This document shows, one piece after another, positions 34,931 to 44,051 of a DNA stretch of 64,000 nucleotides. The DNA is taken from IMG/VR virus record IMGVR_UViG_3300045988_147522; one strand, 5' to 3'. The position numbers were made by a program, and so were the translations under genes. The notes beneath the pieces were generated by a model. The model saw only the letters and a program-made list of their open reading frames with translations. It was not told where the DNA came from and searched no databases. Origin of the DNA: a virus. Positions within the stretch are counted from its first letter, which is position 1; each line of letters begins with the position of its first letter.

Positions 34931-37900
34931 TTACAAGTGCCTATTATTAACAGTATAAGACATAAGTTTTTTGATAGTGTTATTCATAATCTTTTCGGAC
35001 TCCTTGTGCAGTGCATTAACAGTAGCCTGAGTAGCATCACCTTGTACATTGATGTGAATTGTAGGGGAAACAACAGTTGATTTATTGTTCACGACATTCG
35101 GTGTTATTTCAGAACCAAACTTCTGTGCAAAATAATCAGTTGGAGCTGATGCAAATTCAAACAATTCATTTGTCATCGCTTTGCTAAATACAGGATTGCC
35201 TTGTGGTAAGATTGTATATCTGCCATTACCAAGAGATGTAGGAATAAGTTCTGAACCGATACCCTCTTCGTCAACAATAGACAAACCACCTTTGGCTGAT
35301 TTTGTACCAGAAGCATACGCTTTCATTTTAGACCATAAAGAACCTGCTGGTAGCGCTCTTCCGCCATACCAATCTTTACTAATCCGACTTATGAAATATG
35401 TTTCAGCGTCCTCTTTGTTCGTTTGGTTGGTTTTATACACTTTGCCGTTATAGGTAATTGTATACCCATGACCTGTTATACTCGATGGTTGTATTTTAAC
35501 TGAATCAATCTTTGCTTTAGTGGTCTGTGCAGAATTACCCAACTCGTCAATTTTTTGCTTCAAACTATCAATTCGAGAAGTGTAGTTATCAATGCTTCCT
35601 GTCACATTAGCAATAGCAGAGTCTACATCGTAGATACGAGATTGTAGTGTATTCATTAAATCCATAACATTGAGCTGCGCAGTGCCATATTCATAAAGAG
35701 CACTTTGAGCCGACTGCCACATATGGTTAAACTCAGCCTCTGTGGTTGTAGTGTAATTTTGACAATACCACAACAGGTTGTTATACAATGTACCATTGTC
35801 ATTGTCAATCATATTACATGCAGCTCTGTGCAAAGATACCTCGTTGTTTAAGAAATCTTGAATAGTTTGGATTTCATCATCATAATGCTTATCTGTCTCT
35901 TCTTTCAGTTTATCTAAAGCTTCTTTGCGAGTATCATACTGATAGTCTGATAGATAATCATATAAGTCTTCTCTGGACTCAACCAAATCATCAACATTTT
36001 CTTTGTGAGCCTTTTTACCTGCGGAACTATCGTCCAGTCCAGTAATAGCAGCAGACAATGCGTTTGAAGCAACAGCATTTTCTTTCTCTTTGAGTTGTTT
36101 GTTGAAATCAGCTTCTTCTTTTTCTTTGTCAAGAAGTTCTTGTTTCTTTTCAATAAGTTCGTCAATTTTATCTTTGCGTTCTTGTAGTGCATCTATTTCG
36201 TCCTGCTTAGTCTGTTTAATGTACTTTTCTGTCCAATCGACTAAACTTTCAATCGCAGACAACGCATCCTCATAACCACTTTTAGTATCTTCTAACGCTT
36301 CTTTTTTCTTTTCTAAAGCGTCTTTACTTTTCTCAAGAGCTTTTTCTTCCTTTTCTATCTGCTTTTTGTACTTCTCCGAAGCAGAAGTAGCTTCGTCTGT
36401 AGAAGTAGACAAGTCACTTAATGAAGAAGCATACGAATCAATCAAAGCGGCTTTCTTACGCCAAGCAGACTCTGCCTGAATAACCGTTTGTTGATATAGC
36501 GTACCTGTGCCTTGTTCAGCGTCTTTAGCAGCAGCAGTTGCATATGCTTCTTTCCATTTTTTGTCCGCCAAATTAGTAGCCGACTTTGCAGCGCTGTCTT
36601 GACTCTTTTGAAGATATGCTAAAGCCTGTGTCTCATTTTTAAGTTTGCCTACTTCGTCAATTGCTTCTTGTAAGTAAGAAGCTTTCAGTCTTTCTAATTG
36701 AGCTTTGGCTAAATCTCTAAATTTTTCAGAAGTTAAATCAAGTTCGCCTTGTTCATTAACAAGTAAATTTATATAAGAGTCGTCTAACGACAAAACCGCT
36801 TCCAGAGTATCAAAAGATAATTTTCCGTTTTCGTTATATTCGTTAATAGCAGTTTTGACAGCCTTAAAAGCCGATAACACAGAAGTAACTTTTTTTGTGG
36901 CGTCTTCTGTAGATACTTTAAAAGTAACCTTATCTTCTGCTTCTTTTTTTATGTCTTTAACAGCTTTTTTTATGTCCTCTAAAGAACTAATATTATCTTT
37001 TTTGTTATACAACTTAGAGATCGTATTAAAATCCAGACTTTGCAAATACTCTTTGGTTTTGTCTTTTTGTTCTTTGGATACTTTATTTATCAGATCTGTA
37101 TTTTTTTTGGTGTATTCTTTTACTTTGTCTTGCCATTCTGATAATGTAAAGTCTGCCGTATCGGTATCGCAAGAAATCTGATAAACTATTTGTTTATCGT
37201 CATTTGACAATCCATCTATCCACTCGTTGAATCCTTGAATTTCTTTTTGAGCAAGAGATATAGCTCCGTTTGTGCCCAAATAGTGCATAGTTTTTGCAGT
37301 ATGATCTGCTGTGTCGCCAATATCAGCAATAAGGTTTTTTATCTTAACGCCATCAATCTCGATGCCTTTAGTGTCTAATTTTAATAAATCTTCGTTAGTC
37401 CATCCCTCGCCAGCTTCGTCAATAAGACTCCAAATGTATTCGTACACGGTGTCCGCATCCAACAACACTGCTCCGTCAGGCGTTTGTAGCATTGGAGAAA
37501 AAGCGATTTCCACACCATCAAAGGTATCCGATCCAGCAAATACAGTAGAAATTGTGCCTTTCATGTCTTTTACAGTAGAACCCCATGACTCTATCGCAGT
37601 TTTGTACTTTTCTAAATTAGAATCTGTCCATTCTAAGACTTCACGATTGTTGGTGTCAATATTGCCAAATACTGTTTGTAAAGGATTAACACCCATGTTC
37701 GCTGCTTCCTGTTGTATCTCTTCCAAACCAGTGCCATCAGCAAACTGTTCCTTGATACTACGAACAAAATTATTCGTATCAACTCCGCCCAGTTCAACTG
37801 GTATTGCAACAGGTATAATACCATTAATCGTTGATGTATTTTTAGCAGCAGATTTAGTATTATGGGTTTGTTTCGTTGCACGGTTGACAAGATTAGCTAT

Positions 37901-39475
37901 TGCGTCATCTATGTTTACATTATCAGCGACCTCGACATCTGAAAACAAAAGTTTTACAAACAATGCTTTTGTATCTGTATCTATACCGTCAACGCTTGAT
38001 AATACTTTTTTGATCTGATTACTCAAATCTTGATAATTTGATATATCAATCTTACCATTTTTAATATCGTCTATTTTAGACTGCACACTGCTTAATGTGT
38101 CAGCTAATTTTGGATTATCAAACGCTTTAATTATATCAGATACGGTTTGTTTAACTTTTTCTAAATTATCTGCTGTACTCGCTTCAGGATCAACAATCTT
38201 ACTGTAGAAGTTATCCCATGTGGCACTATTTATATATTGTTCAATAAGAACTTGACTTTTACTATCTAATGTGCTAAACTGCTCATTAGTATAGTGAATA
38301 TACGCATCAAGTACAGGCTTAAAACTATTGTTTACCAAATCGTTAATTTGACGCTTTAAAACGGATTGCTGGTTTTTGACTGCCGATATTATGGTAGATA
38401 AGTCTTTTTCGTCTATCTCATCATAAAGATAAGACATACCATACTCTGTACCGCCACCAGTCTTAACAAGATCTTCAATACCAGCACCTTTTAACGCTTT
38501 ACTTAAAGCAGGAGTTAATTGAGTATCTTTTTTTTTATTAAGATTCTGCACAAATTGGTCGAGTGCTTTAATTTGGGTGATGTAAGTTTCATCATCTGCA
38601 CCCCACATACCTTGATTAGTCCAGATGTTTTCTAACGCTTTGCCAATACTATCCTGCTCTTTAGACACGATAGTTTCGTAATAAGCATTCTTTTCATTAG
38701 TCATTGCCTTGTTAAGAGCTTCAACATTGTTTTTACACTCTAAGATAGCGTCATTCTGGGCTGAGTAACCTTTTACCAAGCCCGGATACATCTGTGCAAT
38801 CTCATTAGAAAGTTCAATATATCTCTCATACTGAGTAGAGGTTAAAGAGATATTTTCTCCATAAGAATTAACACCATCAGCTAATTCGTAATATTCATTT
38901 TTGATTTTGTTTACAGATGCTGAATGAGATGTGTAGGCATCTTTTTTGTCGTTAATCTCTGTTGTGATTTTTTCAAGGTCTGATAGGTTATTTTCAGCTC
39001 TGTTGATGTAATTATCAAGTGCTTCAAAACCAAAAGAAATTGCAGTCATTACACCTTGTATAATAAGCATATTACCAATACCTGCGGCAATATTCTTTAA
39101 CGAAGAGCCTAATGAAGATAGCTTGCCTTTAATGCCTGAAAAAGCACCAGACATTGATTGAGCATTTTTACTTAAGAGATTCTCTGATTCGGCATAATCT
39201 GTGTTGTATTGTATGCCTTTTAATAATTCTTGGTTTAAATCTTTAGTAGCTTCTGCAAATTTTGACTGCTTGAGTATATCTGCTTCATTAGCAGTTACTG
39301 CATTTTTTAAAACCTTGACATCTAAGCTTTCAGCGTAGGTTTTATATTCTTTATATTTGTCAATAGCCTTGTCAATATCTTGCGTTGCTCTGGCTTTGGC
39401 AGCCGTAGTAAACCATCCGATGTGTTTACCATTATCACTGTCTAAGTATGTTTGGAGTATCTTTCTCTTAGACAC
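34931..39475 (-). CDS. tape measure protein, distal part (1514 aa)
   Basis: Gly-zipper hydrophobic segment, >1000 aa of coiled coil, and a TMP-type C-terminus (GGLSIVDEEGIGSELIP...GRYTILPQGNPVFS). GTG start without an SD. Confidence 0.75.
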   Translation of the reverse strand: MSKRKILQTYLDSDNGKHIGWFTTAAKARATQDIDKAIDKYKEYKTYAESLDVKVLKNAVTANEADILKQSKFAEATKDLNQELLKGIQYNTDYAESENLLSKNAQSMSGAFSGIKGKLSSLGSSLKNIAAGIGNMLIIQGVMTAISFGFEALDNYINRAENNLSDLEKITTEINDKKDAYTSHSASVNKIKNEYYELADGVNSYGENISLTSTQYERYIELSNEIAQMYPGLVKGYSAQNDAILECKNNVEALNKAMTNEKNAYYETIVSKEQDSIGKALENIWTNQGMWGADDETYITQIKALDQFVQNLNKKKDTQLTPALSKALKGAGIEDLVKTGGGTEYGMSYLYDEIDEKDLSTIISAVKNQQSVLKRQINDLVNNSFKPVLDAYIHYTNEQFSTLDSKSQVLIEQYINSATWDNFYSKIVDPEASTADNLEKVKQTVSDIIKAFDNPKLADTLSSVQSKIDDIKNGKIDISNYQDLSNQIKKVLSSVDGIDTDTKALFVKLLFSDVEVADNVNIDDAIANLVNRATKQTHNTKSAAKNTSTINGIIPVAIPVELGGVDTNNFVRSIKEQFADGTGLEEIQQEAANMGVNPLQTVFGNIDTNNREVLEWTDSNLEKYKTAIESWGSTVKDMKGTISTVFAGSDTFDGVEIAFSPMLQTPDGAVLLDADTVYEYIWSLIDEAGEGWTNEDLLKLDTKGIEIDGVKIKNLIADIGDTADHTAKTMHYLGTNGAISLAQKEIQGFNEWIDGLSNDDKQIVYQISCDTDTADFTLSEWQDKVKEYTKKNTDLINKVSKEQKDKTKEYLQSLDFNTISKLYNKKDNISSLEDIKKAVKDIKKEAEDKVTFKVSTEDATKKVTSVLSAFKAVKTAINEYNENGKLSFDTLEAVLSLDDSYINLLVNEQGELDLTSEKFRDLAKAQLERLKASYLQEAIDEVGKLKNETQALAYLQKSQDSAAKSATNLADKKWKEAYATAAAKDAEQGTGTLYQQTVIQAESAWRKKAALIDSYASSLSDLSTSTDEATSASEKYKKQIEKEEKALEKSKDALEKKKEALEDTKSGYEDALSAIESLVDWTEKYIKQTKQDEIDALQERKDKIDELIEKKQELLDKEKEEADFNKQLKEKENAVASNALSAAITGLDDSSAGKKAHKENVDDLVESREDLYDYLSDYQYDTRKEALDKLKEETDKHYDDEIQTIQDFLNNEVSLHRAACNMIDNDNGTLYNNLLWYCQNYTTTTEAEFNHMWQSAQSALYEYGTAQLNVMDLMNTLQSRIYDVDSAIANVTGSIDNYTSRIDSLKQKIDELGNSAQTTKAKIDSVKIQPSSITGHGYTITYNGKVYKTNQTNKEDAETYFISRISKDWYGGRALPAGSLWSKMKAYASGTKSAKGGLSIVDEEGIGSELIPTSLGNGRYTILPQGNPVFSKAMTNELFEFASAPTDYFAQKFGSEITPNVVNNKSTVVSPTIHINVQGDATQATVNALHKESEKIMNNTIKKLMSYTVNNRHL

Positions 39476-39501
39476 AATATATTAAATAAGAAGGTGTTTT
39501 A

Positions 39502-39966
39502 ATGCTTGAAGTAGCAATATGTCCAAAATGTGGAGAAGTTAATTACCCTGCATTGGAATCATATAAGAAATGTTATTGTTGTTGGGTTGGTTTTCTTAAA
39601 AGACCTCGTAAATTGCTTTTTGAAGTTACAGAACAATTACAGCGAGAGCACTTTGAACGAGATGTTTTGGGAAGCAAAGAGGCTGAATATCTTTTTTGGT
39701 ATGAAAAATTCCTTAAAGACTGTCCTGAATATGATAATAGTCTATATGAAGAACACTTAAATAACAACAGACGCTGGGATTTAGTAACAAAACAACGACT
39801 TAATAAATTATCTTCCAAGCCAACTGTTAAATGTCCATATTGCGGTTCTTTGCGTACTACTAAAATTTCAACAAGTAGTAGAGTAGCTTCATCTCTCACA
39901 CTCGGCTTAGCAAGCAATAAGATAGGCAAGAACTATCAATGTAATGATTGCAAAGCCACCTTCTAA
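39502..39966 (+). CDS. double zinc-ribbon protein on the opposite strand between the tape-measure halves
   Basis: CPKCG...CYCC and CPYCGS...CNDC. SD GAAGGTG, with its own terminator. Confidence 0.55.
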   Translation: MLEVAICPKCGEVNYPALESYKKCYCCWVGFLKRPRKLLFEVTEQLQREHFERDVLGSKEAEYLFWYEKFLKDCPEYDNSLYEEHLNNNRRWDLVTKQRLNKLSSKPTVKCPYCGSLRTTKISTSSRVASSLTLGLASNKIGKNYQCNDCKATF

Positions 39967-39976
39967 TTAATAATTT

Positions 39977-40005
39977 GAGCAGTGTTTTATAATACTGCTC
40001 TTTTT
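39977..40005 (+). terminator. intrinsic terminator
   Basis: GAGCAGT-gttttataat-ACTGCTC followed by T5. Confidence 0.65.
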
Positions 40006-40007
40006 GT

Positions 40008-40036
40008 TTGTTTATAAAACTTTTCTTTTATATGAT
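40008..40036 (+). promoter_or_regulatory. promoter P2 (TTGTTT-17-TATGAT) sharing the P1 downstream element
   Basis: TATGATAGTCACTGTTG (40031-40047) versus TATAATAGTCACTGTTG (18101-18117), 16 of 17 identical. Confidence 0.45.
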
Positions 40037-40042
40037 AGTCAC

Positions 40043-40185
40043 TGTTGTCTCAGTGTCGATTTGGACTATACAATTTAAGGTCATTTCATATCGTTGAAAC
40101 TACCTCAAGAGGCTTATAGTCTCTGAACCTCCGCTTATGCGGCTGGATGCTGATTATGGCTTATTACGGCGGTTAGCTTTTGGCA
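40043..40185 (+). ncRNA. candidate small RNA driven by P2
   Basis: No credible ORF. CACTG/CAGTG 5' hairpin, a long nested hairpin at 40063-40123 (GGACTATA/TATAGTCT closing stem), CCGC-TTAT-GCGG, and a weak stem followed by TTTT near 40181. Confidence 0.3.
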
Positions 40186-40327
40186 TACGCCGAACAATAA
40201 CTTGTTTCTGACTTTCGTCTCCATATGGCGTATTGTTCATCACCATTTCCCAGAACGGCTATCATTCCGTTTGCAGTTTAACCTCTCATTTAACGACATA
40301 CATCACCATTTCTTGATTATAGCACGA

Positions 40328-43300
40328 TTACGCTACTTTCTCAAAATAGATAGGCATACTCCTAAAACCCGTCAATTTGGGTTTACCCTTGTCGCTTCCC
40401 ATTAATCCAGACAAAACGCCAGATATAGAAAGAGTACCAATGTTTGCTCCAAGATGAGAGAGCAATTCATTAGCTTGTGTTAAAAATCCTAACAATCCAG
40501 AGCCAGTATCAACTACGCCTTTAACAATATCACTTGATACTGTTGTTGTTGATAATTCCTGCCACTGTGCCTGAAATTGTTTTACTTTACCTTCGATACT
40601 ATCTATGTACTTTTCGTGTTCCTTTAATGCAGAACCATCTGAGTTCTTGGATGTATCTAATGAATTGATTGCTGTACCAATGTTTTGAATTACAGCAGAA
40701 GCGTAGTTAGACCTGTTCTTACCGGCGATAAGCTCAAGTAATGACGCTTTATTTTTATCAGCCAATTCATCCCATACGAGAGCGATATCTTTAAGAATAT
40801 CATAAGTGCTACGGAATGAACCATTGTCCATAATATCCACGCCTGAAGACGAAGAAGTTTTTGTTAAAGCTTTGATTTTGTCTTGAAGCTCAGAAGTTGT
40901 TGTGCACATTCCTTCCGTATCTTCTCCAGCCTTTTTAAGCTCCACCGACATACCTCTTAATCTCATAGCAAGCACTTTAAGTGCATTACCTGATTCATCT
41001 GCACTCTGTGTAACTTCGGTCATTGCGGTCAGCAACGCAATGGTTTCATCAAGGCTATTACCCGCAACAGCCATAGATGCGGCTGAGTTCTTCAAGCCTT
41101 CGCCTAAATCACCTGACGAGACAGCGTAATTATTACTCACCTCATTAAGTTTATCGACAATGCTTTGTGCCGATGAAGCTTCCATATTAAAAGCTTTTAA
41201 TATGGAAATAATGTCACTACTTGCTTCACCAACACCATCCAAATCGTCACCGACATTAGCATATATGGTTGCTACCTCTGCCAATTGCGTTGAGTCAGGT
41301 ATATCATAACCCATACGAGCAAAATCAGCGGTACTTGTAACAAAGTCACTAATAGTAGTACCCAGCTCTTTTGCTTTGCCAGTTGCCGTAGTTAAATATT
41401 TGTCATATGTCGAATCGGTGCTGTCTGTAACTTTCTTAAGCTCCACCATAGCAGTGTCTAACTCGGTTACAATGTGTATCATGTCTTGAACAGTAGCAAT
41501 AGCTTTATTCATAGACGAAGTGATAAAATTCCACGAACCATATTTAAGATAGTTCTTTGCAAGTGTGCGTAGAGCGGTTGCACCCATCAATCCAGCAGAC
41601 TCGGCAGAAGTCTTAATATTTGCAAACTGTGACTGGAAAGATTTAAGCTGTTGGCTACTGACTTTTGCAGCATCTGATGTTTTATTTAAAATGGTTTCAA
41701 TTTGTCCAGCATATTCTTGAGCAGCTTTAGGATTGCTACTCGCAAATTTCATAACCTGCAAACGCAGTGTTTCTACTGCTTTGCTGCTTGCGATTGTGCT
41801 TTTACTTGCGGTTTCTAAACTCTGACTCCATTTAGTTTCAAATTTATGTAAAGCAGCATTATTTCCAAGCTTACCAGTTACTTGATTTGTAGCGGTTATT
41901 TCTTCGTTAAGTAATTGAAATTTTTGGAGGTAGTCACTAAGTTCGTTTTTAAAATTGTCAGGAATATTGTGTCCGTTAAGTAAAGATGTTGTTTGCTGAC
42001 GCAAAGCTCGCATATTAGCCAAATATTTATCCAACTGACTATTATTAATAACCTCGCCTGAGCCATTTAAAATATCATAATGATATCCTTGCGCTTTGCC
42101 AGTTGCGTTGGCAGTATTGAGCTTTTCTTTAATATTGTTAATCCTACTTTGAAGCTTGTCTATAAAAGAATCATCTGCACCATTCCATACACCATTTTCA
42201 AGTAGTTTTTCACATTCTTGGCGTATATCTTCCAAGTCCGCTTTTGCTTCTTGTAATTGTCCTTCGGGGATAAACGCTACATTTTTACTGCGGTTTTGAA
42301 TGTCATCATATACTGTATCAATATCACTCCGAATCTTTTCTATTTCAGAACGATTGTTGTTTACAGTATTAGAGATAGAGGTCGATAACGCTTGTGCCTC
42401 TGTCGCAAAAGACGAAAGAAGTTCTTTTGGTACATCTTCTCCATTATTCCACATATCACCAATAATATCTTTTTTAGATATGAGGGTTGTAAGTTGAGAC
42501 CATGCAGTACGATATTCAGACACAGTTAGCAAGCTTTTGTTTTGCTCTTGCGTTAATTGATTAGTTGTTTGTGATACAAGAGCTTCTGCGTCTTGAAACT
42601 CCTTTAAGGCAGCAGTGCTTTCTGTAATAACAGCCAATTGACTTTGTAACTCGGAAGCGGATATTTCATTTGTGCGACCAGTAGGAGATACTACACGACT
42701 CCCTGTATCAATAAGTTCCTGTAATTCTGCTTTAGTTTTGTCTATAGACTCAGCACTAATTACACTATTTGAATTATGACTCTCAAGGATAGCATATAAG
42801 GATTGGGCAGTTTGAATAATATTATTAATTTCATTAACACTCTGTCTGCCTTCTGTATTGATTGCAGTTACATCTTGCAATAATTTTACAACCTTTTGGC
42901 TCAAATTGTCTAAATCAGCGACAGGAATTTCCAACCCTTGAGATAATGACTGTTCTAACTGTCTTCCTTCAGAAGCCAAACTTCTTGATACCGTAAGAAA
43001 TTTCTCAATATCTTGTGTATTTAAAAACTGATATCCTTGTTTTTGAAGGTTTAAACCGCCAATAATGCTTTGGATTCTGCTCTGAATCTGAGATAGCTCT
43101 TTTGCAGTTTGCTGATAATTTGTCACATCGGCTGTCGTCCGATTGCTATTATTATTCTTGCTATATTGACTACGAGATGCTTTGACTGTATTTCCAGTAA
43201 CACCAACCGAAATACTACCAATTGCTTTTTCAATGTCTTTCTTCAAAGACTTCATCGCGTTACTACAGTCAAACTTTTTAATTGTAACTACTGGAATTTT

Positions 43301-43531
43301 TGGAGGGTTTTTAAGAGATTTTTCAAATAGTGTCTGAACGCTCTTTTTTAATTGGTCTTTGGCTTGCTTGCTCTGATCGGCTTCTATATTATATATTTTA
43401 ATACCGTCAATAGCTTTAGCTAATTCTCCAACACTCTTTTTGAAAATTTTCTTGTCTTCGTTTCTTGTTCCAGCGATCACTTGGACGGAAATACCAAAAA
43501 TATCATTTTCATTTGCCACACATACCACCAC
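40328..43531 (-). CDS. tape measure protein, proximal part (1067 aa) with TP901-type core
   Basis: AKELGTTISDFVTSTADFARMGYD...SSGDLGEGLKNSAASMAVAGNSLDETIALLTAMTEV...NALKVLAMRLRG, then a Gly-rich hydrophobic tail. Confidence 0.8.
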   Translation of the reverse strand: MVVCVANENDIFGISVQVIAGTRNEDKKIFKKSVGELAKAIDGIKIYNIEADQSKQAKDQLKKSVQTLFEKSLKNPPKIPVVTIKKFDCSNAMKSLKKDIEKAIGSISVGVTGNTVKASRSQYSKNNNSNRTTADVTNYQQTAKELSQIQSRIQSIIGGLNLQKQGYQFLNTQDIEKFLTVSRSLASEGRQLEQSLSQGLEIPVADLDNLSQKVVKLLQDVTAINTEGRQSVNEINNIIQTAQSLYAILESHNSNSVISAESIDKTKAELQELIDTGSRVVSPTGRTNEISASELQSQLAVITESTAALKEFQDAEALVSQTTNQLTQEQNKSLLTVSEYRTAWSQLTTLISKKDIIGDMWNNGEDVPKELLSSFATEAQALSTSISNTVNNNRSEIEKIRSDIDTVYDDIQNRSKNVAFIPEGQLQEAKADLEDIRQECEKLLENGVWNGADDSFIDKLQSRINNIKEKLNTANATGKAQGYHYDILNGSGEVINNSQLDKYLANMRALRQQTTSLLNGHNIPDNFKNELSDYLQKFQLLNEEITATNQVTGKLGNNAALHKFETKWSQSLETASKSTIASSKAVETLRLQVMKFASSNPKAAQEYAGQIETILNKTSDAAKVSSQQLKSFQSQFANIKTSAESAGLMGATALRTLAKNYLKYGSWNFITSSMNKAIATVQDMIHIVTELDTAMVELKKVTDSTDSTYDKYLTTATGKAKELGTTISDFVTSTADFARMGYDIPDSTQLAEVATIYANVGDDLDGVGEASSDIISILKAFNMEASSAQSIVDKLNEVSNNYAVSSGDLGEGLKNSAASMAVAGNSLDETIALLTAMTEVTQSADESGNALKVLAMRLRGMSVELKKAGEDTEGMCTTTSELQDKIKALTKTSSSSGVDIMDNGSFRSTYDILKDIALVWDELADKNKASLLELIAGKNRSNYASAVIQNIGTAINSLDTSKNSDGSALKEHEKYIDSIEGKVKQFQAQWQELSTTTVSSDIVKGVVDTGSGLLGFLTQANELLSHLGANIGTLSISGVLSGLMGSDKGKPKLTGFRSMPIYFEKVA

Positions 43532-43532
43532 C

Positions 43533-44039
43533 TTATTTCAACTTTGCTATAATTTTTGTTGTAATACTTTTTTTGAAGTCTGAATTGTTTAGTTCTGCTC
43601 TCGTTGACGCTATAGGATTACGAACCCCCATAAAAGCATATTTTTTGGCATCATATCCGATAGCTCTCCATAAGTCAGAGGTGTAACTATATCTCTTTCT
43701 GGTATATCCATTCCGACCATATCCTGCTATCCAACGAATCAATGCGTCCGATGTAGTGGTTGGCACTTGATGAGTAACAACTGAGCGGTTTGGTGTTGCG
43801 ACAGAAGTTATGATAATCTTATTGCTCTCTTGGGACACATCTTGAATTTGGGAGCTGCTTCCTAAGCCATTCACACTACGCCTTACATAAGTTGTAGGAG
43901 TATATGTATCATAAATATCTGCTTTGATATTTTTTCTTAATTTGTCTTTAATATCTTGAGCAATATCGGTTTTTAAAACCTGAGAAGCCGCCTTGTTAAT
44001 TGCTTTGACAAATGTGTCATACGAATTGAAAGTCTTGAT
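43533..44039 (-). CDS. tail protein in the chaperone (GT-like) position, no canonical start
   Basis: The frame is open from 44051, directly after and in frame with the TAA of the upstream ORF. The first canonical start (GTG 43874) lies 59 codons in. ATC 44039 is 8 nt after AAGGGG. Confidence 0.5.
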   Translation of the reverse strand: MKTFNSYDTFVKAINKAASQVLKTDIAQDIKDKLRKNIKADIYDTYTPTTYVRRSVNGLGSSSQIQDVSQESNKIIITSVATPNRSVVTHQVPTTTSDALIRWIAGYGRNGYTRKRYSYTSDLWRAIGYDAKKYAFMGVRNPIASTRAELNNSDFKKSITTKIIAKLK

Positions 44040-44051
44040 ACCACCAGCCCC

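Noticed and set aside
37311-38018. 235-aa + strand ORF, with similar antisense ORFs at 36855-37181, 45991-46383, 50583-51026 and 27286-27576.
   Set aside because: They lie entirely antisense to strongly supported late genes (tape measure, tail, capsid, fibre). They have Ser/Leu/Phe-rich shadow-frame composition and lack SD sequences.
39476-40327. A group I or group II intron, or a split intein, joining the two tape-measure halves.
   Set aside because: On the minus strand I found no exon-IGS (P1) pairing with a U.G and no GUGYG start. There are no intein blocks (Cys/Ser start, HN end) at the protein ends. The only ORF is on the opposite strand.
40202-40405. 67-aa + strand ORF (His-rich) in the gap between the tape-measure halves.
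   Set aside because: It has a TTG start without an SD, low-complexity composition, and its 3' part overlaps the end of the proximal tape-measure gene.
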